Virus record (IMG/VR): IMGVR_UViG_3300005239_000190
Length of the DNA: 35,580 nt
Origin: an uncultured virus (IMG/VR IMGVR_UViG_3300005239_000190)
Lineage: Duplodnaviria > Heunggongvirae > Uroviricota > Caudoviricetes
Strand: one strand, 5' to 3'
Part shown: one piece after another, positions 30,508 through 35,580 of the stretch
Layout of the letters: each line of letters opens with the position of its first letter
How positions within the stretch are numbered: the first letter of the stretch is position 1
Position numbers and translations under genes: made by a program
The notes under the pieces: model-generated
Databases searched by the model: none
Told to the model about the DNA's origin: nothing
Seen by the model: only the letters and a program-made list of their open reading frames with translations

Positions 30508-31212
30508 TTAACTTTGAGTTCTGCTTAAGCTAGCTAGCATTTTTTGTGATGTAGACGCTCCTACAGCCAAATCTCTTTGATCTTGACTTCCAAATACACC
30601 TGTTGCTGTAGATTTAGCTGTTGGGGAAAATCCGCCGGTTTCCATCATTTCAATAGAGTCATTCATGCTATTAACATTTTCTTCCACACTATATTGATCT
30701 TGGTTTTCCAAAAAAGAATGGGGATCTTTTGTTGCGGCATTAAACCCTGTAAACGCGCCAAATGCACCGCCCCCATTGGATCCGGAGCTTAATTCTTTAA
30801 TTCTTGACGCATACGCTTTTAATAAATTTCTATTTGATCCGCTTCCTGCGGTTCCACTAGTTATTAGCTCTGCGTATTTTTGGCGTAGATCATAAGCGCT
30901 CATTCCAGGGATGTCCTGTAAATTAGTTGTCGAGTTTGGTTCTATAACGTTGGGGTTATTTCGCATTGTACCACCTATCATGGCACCGGTTATTTCTGGC
31001 ATTTCGGGCTCTGCCATCACACCACTCGTATTTGAACTTCCAACTACCGCATTTGGATTAGCTGTTTTTATCTGCGCTGAGCCACCTCTAATTGCCCCAC
31101 CAAGAACTCCAGCCGCGCCTTTGCCTCCAGCAAGGATAAATTGTTTCATTTTACTTGAACCTTCGCTGTTGTTATTACTTCCCGCTGCTACCGCTGCTGC
31201 TGTTGTACTCAT
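30508..31212 (-). CDS. Hypothetical low-complexity Gly/Ala/Ser-rich protein
   Basis: 234-aa ORF on the same strand and tightly packed. Confidence 0.6.
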   Translation of the reverse strand: MSTTAAAVAAGSNNNSEGSSKMKQFILAGGKGAAGVLGGAIRGGSAQIKTANPNAVVGSSNTSGVMAEPEMPEITGAMIGGTMRNNPNVIEPNSTTNLQDIPGMSAYDLRQKYAELITSGTAGSGSNRNLLKAYASRIKELSSGSNGGGAFGAFTGFNAATKDPHSFLENQDQYSVEENVNSMNDSIEMMETGGFSPTAKSTATGVFGSQDQRDLAVGASTSQKMLASLSRTQS

Positions 31213-31213
31213 A

Positions 31214-31699
31214 TTATAATTTTTTTGCTATTGTTGAAAATCTATCAAATACTTGGCTAAAGCTGCTAATTGGAACATTATTGTCTTCTCTTCTAGCTTC
31301 AAACTTTCGTCTTTTTATCGTGCCTTGCTTTCGTTTGTGCTTTCGTTATTCATTACGCGTTTTAATACGTTCGGCTCTTGCATCATCACGCAAATCGCGT
31401 CGATCTTTTATGCCTAGAAGTCTAGCTGCTTTTGAATCCTTGCCTTGCGCTGTGGCTTCATCAATACGTGATTGCAGTTTATTTACAGGTTTTGCTCCTT
31501 TTTCCATTTGCTCCTCAGCTATCTGAAGTTGGGTTTGCTTGGCTTGTATACCGGCCGCAATAGCGTCTCCACCCTGGGCTATATTGTGGCCAATACTACT
31601 CCAATCTGCCGTTTGCCCTATGCTACCCGTGTCCACTCGCGCTGAAATACGGCTAGCTTTTATACCGGGTAATGTAAACTTTGTGTTATCACTACTCAT
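31214..31699 (-). CDS. Hypothetical protein (~161 aa) with an internal in-frame TAA at 31346-31348
   Basis: The 117-aa ORF continues in frame for 43 more codons to a TAA at 31214-31216, one base before the next ATG. Confidence 0.55.
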
Positions 31700-32111
31700 A
31701 ATTTATTTTTTTTATTGCTAACCCAAGCATACGCTCTGAATATGATTGGGGCTTTTTTATTAGTGGTATTTCCTCCTCGTCTAAAAGCATTTTGTACATG
31801 CGCGTAATCATTTGTTTACACTTAAAGGAGGTTTTATATATATTGTACTTTTGAGTCGTATGGTTTCTTTTTCGCCACACAGTTATCCAATCTTCTTTTA
31901 AAAGCCTATTCCATCTTTTATTATCCCAGCTGTAAGCAAGCACGCCTATTTTATAATCGTTTTTTTTAAAGTGACCTAAGCAATCAAAGTATATTAAAAG
32001 CTCTAAATCCGCTTCTTGTAAATTGTAACTCTTAGCGGCCCACTTCCTAATTATACGGTAATGCTTTAAAATGTTTAAGCTACGCAGATCAGACGCTTCT
32101 AAACGCCTCAT
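31692..32111 (-). CDS. Winged helix-turn-helix (MarR-like) protein
   Basis: YNLQEADLELLIYF...WNRLLKEDWITVWR...YKTSFKCKQMI matches the MarR-type helix and wing pattern. Confidence 0.5.
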   Translation of the reverse strand: MRRLEASDLRSLNILKHYRIIRKWAAKSYNLQEADLELLIYFDCLGHFKKNDYKIGVLAYSWDNKRWNRLLKEDWITVWRKRNHTTQKYNIYKTSFKCKQMITRMYKMLLDEEEIPLIKKPQSYSERMLGLAIKKINYE

Positions 32112-32368
32112 GCAACAACAACCACGTCTTGCATTCGAATGACATGGTACATTTTGCTTTCAAACTCTATCTGGTGCCCTGCATGGCGATCATAATATAT
32201 TACATCACCTTCATTTACACCAACCACCTCATTGCCTGCAGAAACAACACGCGCCTCTGCATATCTAATGTCTTCACGCTGTTTTTCCGCTATAAGCAAT
32301 CCTCCTTTTGTTTCAGTTGTGCCTTGCTTTTTCTTTGATATAACTAAATTTCTACCTATTGCTTTCAT
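32108..32368 (-). CDS. groES: Co-chaperonin GroES
   Basis: MKAIGRNLVI...ETKGGLLI (mobile loop)...ARVVSAGNEV...VNEGDVIYYD...YHVIRMQDVV. Confidence 0.9.
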   Translation of the reverse strand: MKAIGRNLVISKKKQGTTETKGGLLIAEKQREDIRYAEARVVSAGNEVVGVNEGDVIYYDRHAGHQIEFESKMYHVIRMQDVVVVA

Positions 32369-33908
32369 CTGTAACTCTTAAGTTGTTAATTACACAATCT
32401 GTTGAAATTATAGTTGTCGCTACGGAAGCCGCATTTTTTAAAGCACTTTTAGTAACCAACAAAGGATCAATAATGCCCGCCTGTACCATATTTACGTCCT
32501 TACCTGTAACAACGTTTAACCCCTTATTTTTTGTTTGAGGATAAACAATATCTAAACCTGCATTGCTGAGGATTGTTTCGTATGGAGCCTTTATTGCTTC
32601 AAGTAAAACTTTTTCACCCTCACTTTTAGCTGTTATAGCAGTAGATGCATTAAGCAAAGCAATACCTCCTCCTGGAACTATACCTTCTTTTATTGCGGCT
32701 TTTGTAGCACAAATAGCGTCTTCAACTCTATCTTTTTTCTCTTTTAACTCTACTTCTGAGTTTGCTCCAACTTTGACAGAAGCCACTTTAGCGGAGAGAC
32801 GAGCAATTCTTTTTTCAAGTCGAAATCTAAAACCTGATTGCGCATTTTCATCAAGCTGTTTTTTAACTTGTTGTAAAAGCTCTTGAGCTTCTTCACAGGG
32901 TTCGTTAATTTGAAAAATCGTTTCTTCATTATTAGTTACAGATTTTAAACATTCGCCAAGATGCTCTGGCTGTATTAGATCCATGTCGTCACCAAGATTT
33001 TCATTTATCACGGTCGCGCCTGTTAATAACGCTAGATCCTGCAATACTTCTTTTTTGGTCACCCCATACGTAGGAGCGTCAACAACGTTTACTTTTATAT
33101 TGCCTTTTACGTGGTTCATAGCTAAAGCATTCAAAACCTCCAGCCCTAAATCAGCCACTATCAAAAGGCTTCTTTTATTTTTTATAACGTACTCTAATAC
33201 GCTTTGTATTTTTCTTACATTAGGAACCTCTGATTCTATAATTAAAACTAAAGGATTATTTAGTTCTGAAGTTCCATTTTCTTTATTAGTAACAAAATGA
33301 AAGTTTTTAAGTCCTTTATCATATTGTACCCCATCAACAATTTCAATTGTGGTAGTAGCCTCGTTTGATGTTTCCATCATAACTACCCCTGTATTGTTTA
33401 CAGCTTTAAAAGCCTCTGCGATTAAATCGCCAAGTTTTTTATCATTATTAGCAGATATTGTAGCAACTTGGTTTACCATGTCCCCCGCTACCGGTATTGC
33501 TAGCTTTTCTAAAGCTGCGCAAACCTTTTTAACGCCTATGTTTATACCGTCTTTAATATTGCGAGTGCCATGCGATTTAAGCGCTTTGTAAGCTTGCTTA
33601 AGTATTGCATGCGCCAGTACCGTTGCCGTGGTAGTTCCATCGCCAGCCTCGCTTACGGTTCTTTGTGCCGCCTGCTTTATTAGAGTTGCCCCGATATTTT
33701 CAACCGGATCTAATAGTGTAATTGCATTTGCAACAGTCACTCCGTCTTTTGTAATAACAGGCCTGCCTGTATTATCTTCAAGAATTACACATTTACCGCT
33801 AGCCCCTAATGTAGAGCTAACGGCTTTTGTGAGTTTTTCAATTCCAGTAAAAACTTTTTCTTTGGCATTATTACCAAAGTTAAGATTCTTAACAATTTTG
33901 TCAGTCAT
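32352..33908 (-). CDS. groEL: Chaperonin GroEL (phage-encoded)
   Basis: TLGASG, ITKDGVTVA, AGDGTTTATVLA, VATISANND, ELKEKKDRVEDAICATKAA, GIVPGGG, GIIDPLLVTKSALKNAASVA; no GGM tail. Confidence 0.97.
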   Translation of the reverse strand: MTDKIVKNLNFGNNAKEKVFTGIEKLTKAVSSTLGASGKCVILEDNTGRPVITKDGVTVANAITLLDPVENIGATLIKQAAQRTVSEAGDGTTTATVLAHAILKQAYKALKSHGTRNIKDGINIGVKKVCAALEKLAIPVAGDMVNQVATISANNDKKLGDLIAEAFKAVNNTGVVMMETSNEATTTIEIVDGVQYDKGLKNFHFVTNKENGTSELNNPLVLIIESEVPNVRKIQSVLEYVIKNKRSLLIVADLGLEVLNALAMNHVKGNIKVNVVDAPTYGVTKKEVLQDLALLTGATVINENLGDDMDLIQPEHLGECLKSVTNNEETIFQINEPCEEAQELLQQVKKQLDENAQSGFRFRLEKRIARLSAKVASVKVGANSEVELKEKKDRVEDAICATKAAIKEGIVPGGGIALLNASTAITAKSEGEKVLLEAIKAPYETILSNAGLDIVYPQTKNKGLNVVTGKDVNMVQAGIIDPLLVTKSALKNAASVATTIISTDCVINNLRVTDESNR

Positions 33909-33941
33909 ATTAAATTAAATTATATTATATTGTAAATTATA

Positions 33942-34232
33942 CTACTTAAAGGTTTTGACTACTTTGGGCCCGTTTAAAAATTCAACTTTCTTTTGGTAGT
34001 GTTCAACAGTTTTATCAATTGCAGTTTCTGCAGCTTGCATTGTTTCACGCCTTGTGACGTCAATCCACTTTTCTTCATCTTGAAGATCTTGATATTCTGT
34101 TTGGTAATAACCATTTGGTAATTGGACTATGCGCCAGTTAGCTTTGTTGCATATATGGTTCCATAGTTTAACTTGGTTATGGTTTGGTTGCGGTTGACTA
34201 GTCCACGAATTAGTCTCGTAATAAAACGTCAT
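33942..34232 (-). CDS. Hypothetical protein
   Basis: 96-aa ORF with an A-rich leader, directly upstream of groEL. Confidence 0.65.
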   Translation of the reverse strand: MTFYYETNSWTSQPQPNHNQVKLWNHICNKANWRIVQLPNGYYQTEYQDLQDEEKWIDVTRRETMQAAETAIDKTVEHYQKKVEFLNGPKVVKTFK

Positions 34233-34323
34233 TGGTTTTGGTTTTAATTGTTATTATTGGTTTGCACTTTCCCGTGCCGGGTATATTTTATATATTACCG
34301 GTTTTTGTAAATTTTTACTATCC

Positions 34324-35580
34324 TTACTCATTTAGTATGTACCACTGTCCACCATCGTTCCAAAATTTAATACTTTGGTACGCACCTGTTATTGTTTTAG
34401 AGGTGCTTCCGTTTATCAATACGCCTGAACTATTGAAATTAATAGATGTATTAGCATTAAATGTCCCGTCAGTCAAACATTGTAAAACTCTATTTTTACT
34501 ATTTGCAAGGTTTGGGTCAGGTAGCACAACCGCAGCAGCGCCATTGCCTCCACTCCAACTTAATTTTAACAAATTCCAATTATCTTGATAAGTGAAGGAG
34601 TTGCCGTTAACCAATGTCTTAGTTCTTGGTGTTAAAAAAGCCAACCCTTCATTATTTCTAGCGTCTTGCGTGCTTTGGTTTGTATTTATTTTCACCTGGT
34701 TATTCGATCTGTAAAGCTCGCCATTTTCTACACCGCCAGCTGTGGCTTCTGCGTTGCTATTATAAGACGCTGAAAGTCTAAGCGCTGGAAATAGTAAGCC
34801 AGACTGTGCACCATCACCGGATTGTATTTCTATTGCATTTTTCCTACCAGTAGTATCATTAAACCCTGTACCAAATACAATTCTACCAGTAGCTGTAGGC
34901 GCCACATTAAAGCGACCAAGTATAACAGTATCATCTTGACCGCCATCGATTAATTCTCTACCAAAAGCATAAGAGTGTTTACCTGCTAAAACATTTTCTT
35001 GCCCTATAGCCATAGCAATTACTCCATTACCACTAATGTTGTTGTTAAGCCCAAACGCATAATCATTAATACTGGTGAGCGTATTTCCTTTACCTACAGC
35101 ATAAGTATCAGTAGCGCTTGTGATATTGTTTTTTCCAAAAATACAGCTATCATCATTGTTTATAGTATTATTAAAACCAATAGATATACTATCCATTACG
35201 TCGTTCAAGGTATTTGAAGAACCTAAAACAAAATTTCTACTTATTGTTGCCGATTGTGTAGTATTAGTTAAAGTATTACCGGTTCCTACTACACACGAAT
35301 TACCTGATTTAACATTGTTATTAAAACCAGAGGTAACAATATTACCACCTACATTTAATAAGTCAATACCCACATCGTTGCCATCACCCGTAGCCCACAC
35401 CTGGCCACCAGCCACTGTGTTGTTGGCTCCTAGCCCTCCAGAGCGGCTTCCTGTTACGGTGTTGTTGGCTCCAAAAGCGGCAGAATAATTACCTGAAATA
35501 GAGTTGCTGTCACCTGAAGATAAATTGCCGCCTACAGATGTTGTTCCTCCAGAGTTAGTTATAGCAGTATCGCTTAAAAC
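34324..35580 (-). CDS. Tail fibre/spike with YadA-head-like 14-residue repeats (5' truncated by window edge)
   Basis: The frame is open from the window edge (VLSDTAITNSGG...SAAFGANNTVTGSRSGGLGANNTVAGG), with repeated G-x-x-N-x-[IL] units and a C-terminal beta domain ending WNDGGQWYIL. Confidence 0.7.
   Translation of the reverse strand, partial: VLSDTAITNSGGTTSVGGNLSSGDSNSISGNYSAAFGANNTVTGSRSGGLGANNTVAGGQVWATGDGNDVGIDLLNVGGNIVTSGFNNNVKSGNSCVVGTGNTLTNTTQSATISRNFVLGSSNTLNDVMDSISIGFNNTINNDDSCIFGKNNITSATDTYAVGKGNTLTSINDYAFGLNNNISGNGVIAMAIGQENVLAGKHSYAFGRELIDGGQDDTVILGRFNVAPTATGRIVFGTGFNDTTGRKNAIEIQSGDGAQSGLLFPALRLSASYNSNAEATAGGVENGELYRSNNQVKINTNQSTQDARNNEGLAFLTPRTKTLVNGNSFTYQDNWNLLKLSWSGGNGAAAVVLPDPNLANSKNRVLQCLTDGTFNANTSINFNSSGVLINGSTSKTITGAYQSIKFWNDGGQWYILNE

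Noticed and set aside
32108..33908. Host chromosomal groESL, implying a prophage boundary or chimera
   Set aside because: The reversed gene order, divergent tail-less GroEL and overlaps with phage-type neighbours indicate the genes are phage-encoded.
701..35488. Plus-strand ORFs in the track (e.g. 701-1165, 19268-19807, 32563-33918, 34232-34588)
   Set aside because: They are antisense shadows of well-supported minus-strand genes, with Ser/Phe/Leu-rich composition and no motifs.
1..35580. Stop-codon reassignment (TAG or TGA), known in some crAss-like phages
   Set aside because: Long genes are intact under code 11, and TAG/TGA end genes at sensible positions (MCP, groEL, groES). The breaks seen are indels or a single TAA.
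1..35580. CRISPR arrays, tRNAs, introns/inteins, DGR repeats, integrase
   Set aside because: Intergenic spaces are too short, and I saw no spaced repeats, cloverleafs, intein motifs or reverse transcriptase/recombinase motifs by eye.

Overview
All credible genes in this window lie on the minus strand. Together they form the late (morphogenesis) region of a tailed dsDNA phage with podovirus-type, crAss-like gene order, most likely infecting a Bacteroidota (flavobacterial) host; the host is inferred from A/T-rich leaders without Shine-Dalgarno sequences and a DUF4846-like gene. In transcription order (right to left) the window holds: a 5'-truncated YadA-repeat fibre gene, groEL-groES, a winged-helix protein, a cluster of small putative virion proteins, an NlpC/P60-like protein, a secreted DUF4846-like protein, a 3-TM holin, a tandem two-domain GroES-like protein, putative TerS, TerL, portal, scaffold-like protein, major capsid protein, a capsid-adjacent protein, two ring/adaptor proteins, a >1800-aa tail nozzle, a GNAT-fold protein, two tandem paralogous ejection proteins, a ~500-aa internal protein and a >2100-aa giant protein. 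The assembly has four N gaps and several probable single-base errors that split real genes. The most notable observations are a three-part viral chaperonin set (GroEL, GroES and a Cpn20-like GroES-GroES fusion), a sigma-70 region-2-like segment plus a zincin motif in the giant probably injected protein, an N-terminal module shared by two genes about 23 kb apart, and an unconventional lysis cassette. All family calls come from motif recognition by eye; no database search was run.
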